DNA of 28,560 nt from Fonticula alba ATCC 38817 (lineage: Eukaryota > Protista > Nucleariida): assembly GCA_000388065.2 (NCBI GenBank), contig KB932206.1; one strand, 5' to 3'. The stretch's first letter is position 1. Each line of letters starts with the position of its first letter. The notes under the pieces are model-generated. The model made no database searches. It saw only the letters and a list, made by a program, of their open reading frames with translations, and was not told the origin of the DNA. The position numbers and the translations under genes are program-made. Shown here in pieces: positions 1 to 13,245 of this stretch.

Positions 1-55
1 GACAGAAAGAGAGCGACAGAAAGAGAGCGACAGAAAGAGAGCGACAGAAAGAGAG
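1..55 (+). repeat. 14-bp tandem repeat (GACAGAAAGAGAGC) x ~4 in a PKC intron
   Basis: Three exact copies at 1-42 and a 13-nt copy at 43-55; may extend left of the window. Confidence 0.9.
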
Positions 56-159
56 GGGGAGAGAAAAGTAAGTCACGCATGAACGCCCAGACACAGGGGG
101 GGAAAAAAAAAAACAAAGAAAGCCCAGGAGACGCGGAAGCCCGGCGAGGGGGGCCGTAC

Positions 160-3100
160 ACTCTCAATCAGCCGGATGGCATGCGTGTCCATGTGGCTCG
201 GGAAGTACACCTTGCCCGTGAGGATGGACTCGAAGATCTCCTCCTCGGCCTCGCCGCGGAAGGGCGACTGGGCCAGGATCATCTCGTACATCAGCACACC
301 GAAGGCCCACCAGTCGACCGCCCGGCCGTAGTCCTTCTCCAGGAGGATCTCCGGGGCCATGAACTCCGGCGTGCCGCAGAAGGTGTTGGTGGTGCTCTCG
401 AAGAACATGTTCTCCTTGCACAGGCCATAATCCGCCACCATGACATGACCCTCCAAATCCAACAGGAGATTGTCCAGCTTCAGGTCGCGATAGATGATGT
501 TGTTGTGGTGCAGGTACTCCAGCGCCAGGAGAACCTGCGCGCCATAGAGCCGGGCCCGGGTCGGGTCGAACACCTGCCGCTGGATGTGCATCATCAAATC
601 ACCGCCACTGATGTACTCCATGACAAAGAAGAGGCGGTCCTCATTCTGGAAGCAGCTGTGCATCTTCACCAGGAACGGATGGTTCAGCCGGTTGGCGGTC
701 TGGAAGACGCGCTTTTCCGCCTGCACGGACTCCAGCTCGTCATTCTCCAGGACAAACTCCTTCTTCAGCACCTTGATGGCGTAGAAGCGCCCGGAAACCT
801 TCTCCTCGGCCAGCATCACCTTGCCGAAGTTGCCCTTGCCCAAAACCCGCACCAGGTTGAAGTCATTGATGGAGGTCATGCGCGAGGCGGGAGGGGCCGC
901 CGCGGCCGCCGGGCCGGCCGTCGGCGAGGAGGCCGCCGCCGGCACCACGGCCTGCAGCTGCGACGGCGGCGGCGAGAGAGCCATCGGCGAGGAGGCCGCC
1001 GAGCCGGGCCCGGCACCGCCGCCGCCGCCGCCGGCCCGAGGCGCCGCGATGGTCGGCGACACACGGCCAGCCATCTCGGCGGCCGCCGCCTCCGACGTGG
1101 CAGACGGCCCCCCGGCCGGGGGCTTGGCCGTGGCCGCGGCCGGCACACCGGTGTCCACATGTAGCCGAGGGGTCGAAGCGGCCGGGTCGTGAATGGCGGC
1201 CGCGGTGCCGCCGGACGACGCCGGCCCCGGCTTGGCCGCCTGCTGCTGGTGGTAGGGCATCGGGGTCACCGACGGGGAAGAGGGAGCCGTGAGGCTGCTG
1301 AAGCCGGAGGCCGCGCTCGGGCCGCCCATGGCGGTGCCCTGGCCCAGGGCCCCGGGGCCGGCGGTGCTGCCGCGCTCCTTCCGCCGGACGGTGGTCATCT
1401 CCTTCTGGAGCTGGGCCGAAATCTCCACCGTGGACTTGAGACCGAACACGCGGATCATTTCCATCGGCTTGCGGGTGAGCTTGACGGCGCCGCGCCGGCG
1501 GAAGTTCCCCTGCTGGCGGCTGTCCACGAAGTTCATGCTGATGTCCAGCTCGCCGCGCGGCTCGATCGCCAGCGAATGGACCTCATCCTGCCCGGAGGTC
1601 AGGGCAAAGCGCGAGGTGCCCAGCAGCTTGGCGATGTCCAGGAAGTGCACCCCCACCAGGGTGGTCCGGTCGTACACCAGGAGCTGGATATCGCGGGTGC
1701 CCTGGAGCTGGAGGTCGATCTCCTCGTTCCAAGTCCACACGGACCCCTTGGCCGGCTTGAAGGCGGTCTTGGCCCGGTTGTCGTGGTCGCAGCGCACCAC
1801 GATCCGGGTTTCCGGGCGCCGGTGCGGCTGGGCCAGGTCGCGCGCGGACATGAATTTGATCCGGAACCGCCCGGTCAGGTGGCCGCGCTGCTTGGCCTTG
1901 GTGGCTGCATTGTCCGACTGGGGGACTGGCATCGACGCGGGCCCGTGGCGAGGCAGGAGGAGCAGGGGAAGCAGGGGGATCGACGGAGGTGGGCATGGAA
2001 AGCCGCGGAGGGGTGAGAATGGGGCTGCTCGGGGCGCGACCGATGTACCGGGCACATGCCGGGCGCGAGAGAAGGAGAGACAGAAAGAGACACGGCCAGG
2101 GTGCCGCACAGGGAAAGGGGGCGGGGGGGGGCGGGGGGGGCGGGGGGGGACATACGCGTGGCCAGCAGGTCATCGAGGGCCTTCTCATCGTCGGGGGCGA
2201 TCTTCAGGGCGTTGCAATAGCGATGGACGGCCATGCGCAGGAGCGAGATCTTGGCCGTGTAATCGATCAGCAAATTGAACACCTGGCTCATCATGGGATC
2301 GGCCCCGGCGTCATACGCCGGGAAGGAGGCACTGGAGGGGGAGGATGAGTGCCCGGAGCCGGTGCCATTGCCGGCATTCAGGTGGCCGTTGGAGCCGCTG
2401 GCTAGCAGGTTGCTTGTGCTGCCGGGCGACCCGCCGGAGGTGAGTGGCAGCGAGGAGGACGGCGAGGAGGACACCCGCGACAGGGAGGTCGACGAGGGGG
2501 AGGACGAGTGATGCGAGTGCGAGCTGCTGCCAGGGGCGAGGTGGGCCGAGGAGGAGGACCCCAGGAGGGAAGGCGACGACCCGCGCCCCTGGGAGCCATA
2601 CGCCAGGGCCATCCCCTCGGCGCCGCTCTTCAGGCGCTGTTCAATGGTGATCTTCTCCCGGAGGAAGCGGATGCGCTCGAGGATCTCATCACGAGTAAGG
2701 CCGATGGCGGTGGCCGGGTCGGTGAGGTCATGGGTTTCGGGTGAGAGGGAGGGGGGTGGGGGAGCGGCGGGGCGGCGAGGAAGGCAAAAGAAGCAGGGGC
2801 CTGGAGGCGCACCGGTGGTGGGGATGTCCGACCCATGGCGGGTGATGCAATCGCCGCTGAGCGTGGCAATCCGCTGGCGAATTTGATCGATCGTGCGGTT
2901 GCTCTTATCGAGCTGCTTCTGGACGGTGGTCTGGCGGCGGCGGCGGCGGCGGCAACAACAAGGAGCATCCGGGAAGCGGGTGAGTGGGTGGACAGGAGGG
3001 TGGATGGGGTGGAAAAGGGTATGCGCGCATTTGTGTGTGTGTGTGTGTGCCGCATGTAGCACGCAAACCGGGGATCCCCCGGCGCCGCGCGGCGTAGAGG

Positions 3101-3223
3101 GTGTACCTTCTCCGCGCGGCGAAGGCCGGTTTGAAGGAGGTTCTGTGCGCCATTCTTGATGCGAAGCTCAATCACAAGCATGTTTTGGAGCTGCTCCAGA
3201 TCGGACTCGGTAATCTCATTGTC
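160..3223 (-). CDS. PKC1: Protein kinase C, fungal Pkc1 type (HR1a-HR1b-C2-pseudosubstrate-kinase, no C1); partial at both ends
   Basis: Inferred exons 3223-3107, 2930-2156, 1925-160 with phase-consistent GT-AG introns. The start exon is not visible (probably in or beyond gap 3327-3717) and the gene continues below position 1. HR1a [13 protein letters not shown]...[19 protein letters not shown]; HR1b [15 protein letters not shown]...[12 protein letters not shown]; C2-like [15 protein letters not shown]...WNEEIDL; pseudosubstrate RRRGAVK; kinase [48 protein letters not shown] and DYG are fungal Pkc1 hallmarks. Confidence 0.92.
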
Positions 3224-3326
3224 CTGGACGGGCCGAGCCGGGACGGCGCGCGGCGCCGGGGCGAGGATAGAGAGAGGGGCGCCGTCAGTCAAGGGAGCCG
3301 GAGGGCAGCAACACCGGAGGGGGGGG

Positions 3327-3717
3327 NNNNNNNNNNNNNNNNNNNNNNNNNNNNNNNNNNNNNNNNNNNNNNNNNNNNNNNNNNNNNNNNNNNNNNNNNN
3401 NNNNNNNNNNNNNNNNNNNNNNNNNNNNNNNNNNNNNNNNNNNNNNNNNNNNNNNNNNNNNNNNNNNNNNNNNNNNNNNNNNNNNNNNNNNNNNNNNNNN
3501 NNNNNNNNNNNNNNNNNNNNNNNNNNNNNNNNNNNNNNNNNNNNNNNNNNNNNNNNNNNNNNNNNNNNNNNNNNNNNNNNNNNNNNNNNNNNNNNNNNNN
3601 NNNNNNNNNNNNNNNNNNNNNNNNNNNNNNNNNNNNNNNNNNNNNNNNNNNNNNNNNNNNNNNNNNNNNNNNNNNNNNNNNNNNNNNNNNNNNNNNNNNN
3701 NNNNNNNNNNNNNNNNN
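3327..3717. other. Assembly gap (N run)
   Basis: Ns flanked by poly-G; may hide the PKC start exon. Confidence 1.
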
Positions 3718-3748
<31 letters not shown>

Positions 3749-5075
3749 CGTTCGGCTCCAATGGATGGGCCTTCAAGCGTCGGCACACTTCGGGGGGGGG
3801 GGGGGGGGGGGGGGCATGCACGCGCGCGTCTGGCCCACACACTGGGCGGGACACGGGCGGCGCCGACGGCGGCAGCCGTACCGGGAAAGAATCGACGCCG
3901 GGAGAGCGAGGCAAGCGGGAAGGCCTGACGGGAAAGCCAGGAGAAGGGGAAGGATGAGAGGGGCGCCAGGGAAATGCGCGATGACCGGCGGCAGCGGCGG
4001 CGGCAGCGGGCAAGAAAGCGCGAGATCGGGGGGTGGGGAGGGGGAAGAAAGGAAGCGGGGGCTGTGCGGGGTGGGGAGGGGGGGGGGAGGAGGGGGCGCG
4101 ACCAGGGGCGGTGGAGGTGGAGGGGGGAGGGTGAGGCAGCGATCGGGCCACTCCCATGGTTTGGGGGGCACTTGAGCTTATGTCCCCGGGACGCGCAGCA
4201 GCGCAGAAACACAGAGCCGGAGGCGGGGCGGGGGGGGGGAAGGGACAAGCCGACCAGCCGACCTCGCCATCCCCACTCCGAGCGCCCTCAACTCCCCGCC
4301 CGCCGGAAGGGGGGGGGGCGAGTGCGGAGGACGGGGTGAGCGCGTCGGCACGGACTTACGCCCTCGGCAGTCAGATGCACGCATTAGTACCGGAGGAGAG
4401 AGACACAGAGAGAGAGAGAGAGAGAGAGGGGGGGGAGAACACGGTGACTGCTGCCGCACCGCGCCCCGTCTCCGGTCAAGCCTGCTCGTGTCTCCCCCGC
4501 TCGCGGACTGGCCGCGTCCCCCGGCCCGGGGGGGGGGCAGGCGGGGGGTCGGGGACTGACAGATTATTATTGTCTGGCGCGGGCTCTCGGCCCCCTACTC
4601 CACGAGACGACAAAGGGCAGGCGCACCTAGTACATGAGTCAATGTCTCCGGGCGTTACAAATGCACCTCTGTATTGGCTGGGCGCGAGCCGTGCGCTGTG
4701 CGCCCCGGTGCCACGGCCGCCGGTCATATAAACAAACGGCCGGCTCCAAAGGGCCGTCGGGCCCGGGCGTGCACGGGCGGCGTGTGCGGCGTGCGCGGCG
4801 TGCGCGGAGTGTGAGTGTATGTACATTATTCGCGCACACGGCGGTTGGCCCCTGCGCCGCGGCCAGCCCCCCGGCGACTCGCCCGCCCGGGGTTCGGGGG
4901 CCGGCCCGGCGAGGCGGGACCTTCGCCCGAGGGCCAAAAAAGCAGGCCCGGCCACCACCAGAGGGGCCCGGCCGCCGAGGTACGATATTTCCGCCTCAGG
5001 GGGGTTATGCGGTCGGCAATATGGTCCCTTGCTCCTGCGCTCGCCCGCGGCCGACTATACGGCAGGGGCGGGGGG

Positions 5076-5130
5076 GGCCGGGCCGGGCCGGGCCGGGCCG
5101 GGCCGGGCCGGGCCGGGCCGGGCCGGGCCG
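5076..5130 (+). repeat. (GGCCG)11 pentanucleotide repeat
   Basis: Eleven exact units, read directly. Confidence 0.95.
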
Positions 5131-6084
5131 GGCTGCGTACGTGTGTGGACCCTTGAGCGCCCCGCGCGGGGGCCACGCCGCGCTCCGCGTCCCCGGCGCC
5201 GTGTGCGCGTAGTCTTGCCTGCAAGTGGGCGATGCCAACCAGCCTGCGATGCGGGCCTGTCCCCGCCCCCCGGAGAGAGAGAGAGAGAGAGAGAGCCGCG
5301 CCGGATCATGCCGGCCGCCGGCGGACACACGCCCAGGGCCGCGCGCCGGCACACATGCGCCTTCGCGCTGGGCCGCCCGCGCCCTTTGGCACCGCCCCTC
5401 GGACGTGCGTGTCCTCATCGCCGGTGAGATAACACGGGGCGCGAGACGCCCCCGTGTTGGCCCCGCCCCGCCGGCTGCGCGTGCGCGGCCTCGGGTGAGT
5501 CAATGCGAGGCTCGCACTGGAGAAGGCCCCCCCCCCCTCGTCGGCCCCCCGCCCGCAGAGTGCTGGCACGCGACGGCTCCCCCCCTCCGGGGTGCGGCCG
5601 CCGCGAGATGCCGCGCCTGCCCGGGGGGGGGGGGGGAAACAGGGGCCAGGCCGGGAGCAGCTGGCGCCGCCAGGCGCGGCGGAGAATGTCTCGCGCCGGG
5701 CCTCCCCGCCACGATCGCCGTCAGAGCGCCGCGGCCAGGGGACTTCCGCCGGGGTGCATTGCCAACGAACCAGCGTACCCGACCATGGACCGCGCACGGG
5801 CTGCGATGCTGGACGAGGGCCGACCGGGCGTGCGCGCGCGCGCGGGGCGGCCCCCGGTCCGGAGCGGCGCCGGGGCGCCCTTCGTGCCCCCTGGTCTTGC
5901 GGAACGTCCCCTCGCGGCCCCTTTCCCGGGACAAAGTGCACGCACGCGGCAAGAATGCTCCCTTTTTATTCGGCAACATTATCCAAAGCGACAGGCCCGG
6001 TGCTGAGAAGCATCTCGGCGCCCGCGGAGCTTTCGGGCGCGCATCCTCGGCTGCCTCTTTCGCGCGGCCTCGCTCGTCTCGCCC

Positions 6085-6815
6085 NNNNNNNNNNNNNNNN
6101 NNNNNNNNNNNNNNNNNNNNNNNNNNNNNNNNNNNNNNNNNNNNNNNNNNNNNNNNNNNNNNNNNNNNNNNNNNNNNNNNNNNNNNNNNNNNNNNNNNNN
6201 NNNNNNNNNNNNNNNNNNNNNNNNNNNNNNNNNNNNNNNNNNNNNNNNNNNNNNNNNNNNNNNNNNNNNNNNNNNNNNNNNNNNNNNNNNNNNNNNNNNN
6301 NNNNNNNNNNNNNNNNNNNNNNNNNNNNNNNNNNNNNNNNNNNNNNNNNNNNNNNNNNNNNNNNNNNNNNNNNNNNNNNNNNNNNNNNNNNNNNNNNNNN
6401 NNNNNNNNNNNNNNNNNNNNNNNNNNNNNNNNNNNNNNNNNNNNNNNNNNNNNNNNNNNNNNNNNNNNNNNNNNNNNNNNNNNNNNNNNNNNNNNNNNNN
6501 NNNNNNNNNNNNNNNNNNNNNNNNNNNNNNNNNNNNNNNNNNNNNNNNNNNNNNNNNNNNNNNNNNNNNNNNNNNNNNNNNNNNNNNNNNNNNNNNNNNN
6601 NNNNNNNNNNNNNNNNNNNNNNNNNNNNNNNNNNNNNNNNNNNNNNNNNNNNNNNNNNNNNNNNNNNNNNNNNNNNNNNNNNNNNNNNNNNNNNNNNNNN
6701 NNNNNNNNNNNNNNNNNNNNNNNNNNNNNNNNNNNNNNNNNNNNNNNNNNNNNNNNNNNNNNNNNNNNNNNNNNNNNNNNNNNNNNNNNNNNNNNNNNNN
6801 NNNNNNNNNNNNNNN
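6085..6815. other. Assembly gap (N run)
   Basis: Ns. Confidence 1.
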
Positions 6816-7746
6816 GGGGTGTGGGGGAATGCGCTCCACGGAGGGGGCGCGCGACGCCGGCCGTACGCGGGGTGTCTCGAACCCGCTCGGGTCATGCTCC
6901 GGACCACGCGAACTGTGCCGGTTTCGCCCCCGGGCGAGGCGTCCCCGGGGCGCCCTGCCGCTTGTGTAAAACGCCCCTCTGTGCCCCTGCAGCAGGGGGG
7001 GGGGGGGCGCCGGCCCCTGCAGCAGCCCGGCGCCGTGGGTCTGGGAGCCGTCTGACCGCGCACTCCCAGCGACCGGCGTCCCCCCGCCCCCCTCCCTGGC
7101 CCTCCCCCCCCTGGCCGAGGCGCGGGCCCTGCCGGGCCGCCCTCGCGCCCTGGCCCCCCGCCCCCATCACGGCCCCGTCGTCGGCCCGGCTCTGTTGCCC
7201 TGCGGCCTGGAGGCCGCGCCGTGAGCTCCGGGCAGCCTCCCCCCCCCCCCCGCACATATGGGAGAGTCAATGCTGTGTCCGGACGAACAGGCCCCCTCCG
7301 CGCGTCCCCCGGCTGTTATTCCCCCCCCCCCCGGCCGTATATTCGGTGCCCCCTCCTCCCAGTGCGGGCATGGTCGATGCCCCCGGCCCCCGCGCCAGTG
7401 GCAGCGTATTGCCGACCAGGAGGGGCGCGCGCTGAATGACCCACTCCGGACCCGGGGCCGCACGTCCTACGGTCTCCCCCCCACCTCACCCCCCGGCCCC
7501 GCTCCCGCCGCTTGGCCAGCCACCAGCGCCGGGGCCTGGTGCCGGCGCCCGGCACGAGCCCACAGCTCACTCTATGATGTTTCGGCGCGCAAATCCACGC
7601 CCCCCCCCGTTCCCTCCCCCAGCCACGCCCCGGGCGCCAGGTGGGAACGGCCAGGCATCCCTGGGCAGCGGCATTCCAGGGCCGCAGCCCGCCGGTATCA
7701 CGAGCCACATCACCCCATCGACGCATGATGTATTCGATCGGGGCCC

Positions 7747-10245
<2,499 letters not shown>

Positions 10246-10247
10246 CC

Positions 10248-10511
10248 NNNNNNNNNNNNNNNNNNNNNNNNNNNNNNNNNNNNNNNNNNNNNNNNNNNNN
10301 NNNNNNNNNNNNNNNNNNNNNNNNNNNNNNNNNNNNNNNNNNNNNNNNNNNNNNNNNNNNNNNNNNNNNNNNNNNNNNNNNNNNNNNNNNNNNNNNNNNN
10401 NNNNNNNNNNNNNNNNNNNNNNNNNNNNNNNNNNNNNNNNNNNNNNNNNNNNNNNNNNNNNNNNNNNNNNNNNNNNNNNNNNNNNNNNNNNNNNNNNNNN
10501 NNNNNNNNNNN
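10248..10511. other. Assembly gap (N run)
   Basis: Ns in the ESA1/WrbA-like divergent intergenic region. Confidence 1.
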
Positions 10512-10513
10512 CC

Positions 10514-11399
10514 ATGCCCAGCCCCGACGCGCCCATCACCGTTGGCGTTCTTTTCTACTGCCGCACCGGATGCACCTTCCGCCTGGTGCAGCACCTGTGC
10601 GCCGGGATCAATGCCATCCCCGGGGTTCGGGCCCTGCCTGCCCTGGTGTCCGACTCGCGGCGCCTGAAGGAGGAGTACCTGGCACACCAGGACGCCATCA
10701 TGGCTGCGATCGAGCGGGACCTCGTCGCGTCCGGGGAATTCGCCTATCCCGGAGCCGAGGTCATCCCCTGGAAGTCCATCCCCCTGGTGGATCTGAACTT
10801 CCTGTCGCAGGTGGATGCCCTGCTGGTGGGTGGCCCGGTATACGCGGGATCGCTGGCGGCCCCGGTCCACGGCTTCTGGGATTTGCTTGCCCACTCGAAC
10901 CCCCGCGGCGCGCTGGCCGGCAAGCTGGCGGCCCCCTTCGCCACGGTCAGCTCGGCCCTCGACGGCGGAGAGTCCGCTTGCCTGGACCTCTTCTCCGTGC
11001 TGTCTTCCTTTGTGCGTCTGGCCTTCCCGGTCCCTCCCTCCTAGGAGCCATGTGTCTAACACTTGCCGTTCTCTCTCTCTCTCTCCCCCTCTATTTCCTC
11101 CCCCCATCTGGATATGATGTCTCCCCGGCCACACACAGGGCATGACCGTCGTGACCCTCGGGTATCTGGACCCGGCCATGTCCTCTGGCAGCACTCTCTC
11201 CACGGTCAGCGCCCTGGTGGCGCAGGTTGGGCAGCGTGTCGACCAGCGTGTTTTCTTCCGCGACCTCTCGGTCTCCTGGCAACTGGACGAGTTCACCCAG
11301 CGCACGCGCTTGTCCGCCGAGGATGCTCGCGTCGCCTTCAAGACCGGCCAGCTCATGGCCGGCACGGCCAAGCTTTCCCGCCTGGGTGCCAGCGCCTGA
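10514..11399 (+). CDS. WrbA/Pst2-like flavodoxin-fold protein (putative NAD(P)H:quinone oxidoreductase)
   Basis: Exons 10514-11011 and 11139-11399 (GTGCGT...CACAG, phase 0). FMN-loop-like FYCRTGCT, DALLVGGPVYAGSLAAPVHGFWD, GALAGKLAAPF, GGESACLDL...GMTVV. The ATG is only 2 nt after an N gap, so the N-terminus could be longer. Confidence 0.8.
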
Positions 11400-12690
11400 T
11401 CTCCCTGTCCACATGATACCAAGCAACCTGATACACAACCAGAACCAGAACCGATCTGATGCCGAGTCTGGTGGCCAGGCGAGGGCCCACCCAGGCGCGC
11501 GGGGGGGGGGGGGGGGGGGGGGGGGGGGCGGAGGGGGTGAAAATGCGTCCTGTGCATGGGCGCCAGTGCGCGCTGGCTCACCCGACCAGGGGTGGGGGGG
11601 ATGTTCATTTTCGTTCGGTCAGGGCGGCATCCCGCCCCCGGGCGGGCGGGCTGGGGGGGGGGGCGGGGGGGGGGCAGACAGCTGGCTCCTTTCTTTTCGT
11701 CTGGGTGGCCGCATAAGTTGGGACCAACTTGGAACGTAAGCCGGCGCGTGCCTGTGTATTTTCTCGCTCTCGCTCTCCTTCTTTCTCCCTGGCTGTCTCT
11801 GGGAGCATGGAGCAACAACCGAGGCCGGGCCCGGGCGCCGAGCGGACTGGCAGGCGGCAGCGCCCTCACCGGTTTGCCCGGTGTGCCGGCCGGGGGGAGG
11901 GGGGGGGGGTCAGGCATTCGTTCTCCTGGTTGCCGCAATCGACCCCGCTCATTTCGCGGAGCTCGGGTCTCATATGGCTGATTTGTCCGGGCCCCGGCCC
12001 CTGTCCTCTTTCGCGCCCCCGGGGCAGGGCGCCGGCGCGCGGACGAGGCACCCGAGGGCGCCTTTCTTGCGTAAGGAGAGGGCCCGGCAGCGCGAGCAAC
12101 GGGGGCGATGCGGGGCCGGCTCTATTCGCCGGGCGGCGCGTGTGACTGCCGGCGTGTGCCGCGCCCCGGTGTGCGGCCTCCATGTCCCCCCGCCCCCCGG
12201 CCCGGAGGCCAGGGTTGCGAGGATGTCGCCTGGCCCGGGGCTGCCCGGGTGCGCGCGGCATCACAACCGGGGAACCCCTCAGGTCACCGGGGGGCATTCC
12301 TCCGCTCGCCGGGCGGGGGAGCCGGCGGCCCAGAGGGGGCGGGCGCGGCGCAGTAGTGGGGCGCGGGCGGAGAAACGGCTCTGCCCGCGGCGCGCCGCCC
12401 TAGGGGGGGGGGGGTGCGGCGAGCCCGATCGCCCGCACCTGTGCCCGTAGCCAGCCAATCCCCCTGCAGAGCGAACGGCATCGCAGACCTTCGGCCGATG
12501 GAATGCTCGGAGGTCATTCACCAGCCGCAAGTATGTGCCCTCGGTCGTGGTATTCGGGGAAGGCAGCGCCTCTTAGCTGGCTGACGCCAGGCAGCGGGGC
12601 GCCGCGGGCGGAGGCTCCTCGCCCGGCATGCGCATGCGAGCGATTGGCGTGCGCGTGTGTGCTGGCTGTGGTGTACGGGGCGTGGGGGCC

Positions 12691-12830
12691 GTGTGTGTGT
12701 GTGTGTGTGTGTGTATGTGAGTGTATGCCAGCCCGCGGGCGCCGAAGAAAATGCTGCGGCCGAGGTCCCAAGAGTTGGCAACATCAGTCCGCGGCCTGGT
12801 GTGTGTGTGTGTGTATGTGTGTGTGTGTGT
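12691..12830 (+). repeat. Two imperfect (TG)n microsatellites
   Basis: (TG)n runs at about 12691-12725 and 12799-12830. Confidence 0.85.
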
Positions 12831-13214
12831 GACACCAACCACAGCACCAGCACCGGTGGCGGCATTTCTTCGCGCCGGAGTCGGGCCAGCGGGCAGAGGG
12901 CAAACGGGCGCGTTCCCTGCCCTCGCCCTGCCCTCCACCCCACGGCCTGAGCGGCCCGGGGTGCCAGGAAGCCCGGGTACAACTGCCAGGATGAGTTCTA
13001 TCCCGGCCCCCCGCGCCGGCCGGTTCCGTGACCCTGCTGTTGTGGCGGTGTCCTTTTGTGCGGGGAGCCCGTGGCTGGGTCTGCGGTGCGGAAAGTTCGA
13101 TGCCCGCAAGTTGACCTGGCGTTGAGGCGGGGGATCGGGGTCCCGGCGGGAGAGCGGATCAGAGGGGCGGCGGGGCCTGTTTTTTTTTGTCGCCGCGGGC
13201 GTGTCCGCATGTGC

Positions 13215-13245
13215 TACGCGCGCGCGCGCGCGCGCGTGTGTGTGT
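13215..13245. repeat. Alternating purine-pyrimidine tract TA(CG)10(TG)4T
   Basis: Read directly; ~330 bp upstream of the inferred formin ATG. Confidence 0.9.

Noticed and set aside
79-2278. Antisense ORFs overlapping real genes (79-1164, 8743-10107, 15539-16585, 16777-18135, 18169-20631 and others)
   Set aside because: Expected shadows of GC3-rich coding sequence; no motifs.
5785-6006. Short ORF MDRARAAMLDEG… as a small gene
   Set aside because: No recognisable motif, homology or supporting exon structure.
5225-7435. Long ORFs spanning N gaps (5225-7435, 5592-7055, 23237-24877, 23244-25313 and others)
   Set aside because: Length comes from Ns and from GC-rich, stop-poor DNA; no recognisable domains.
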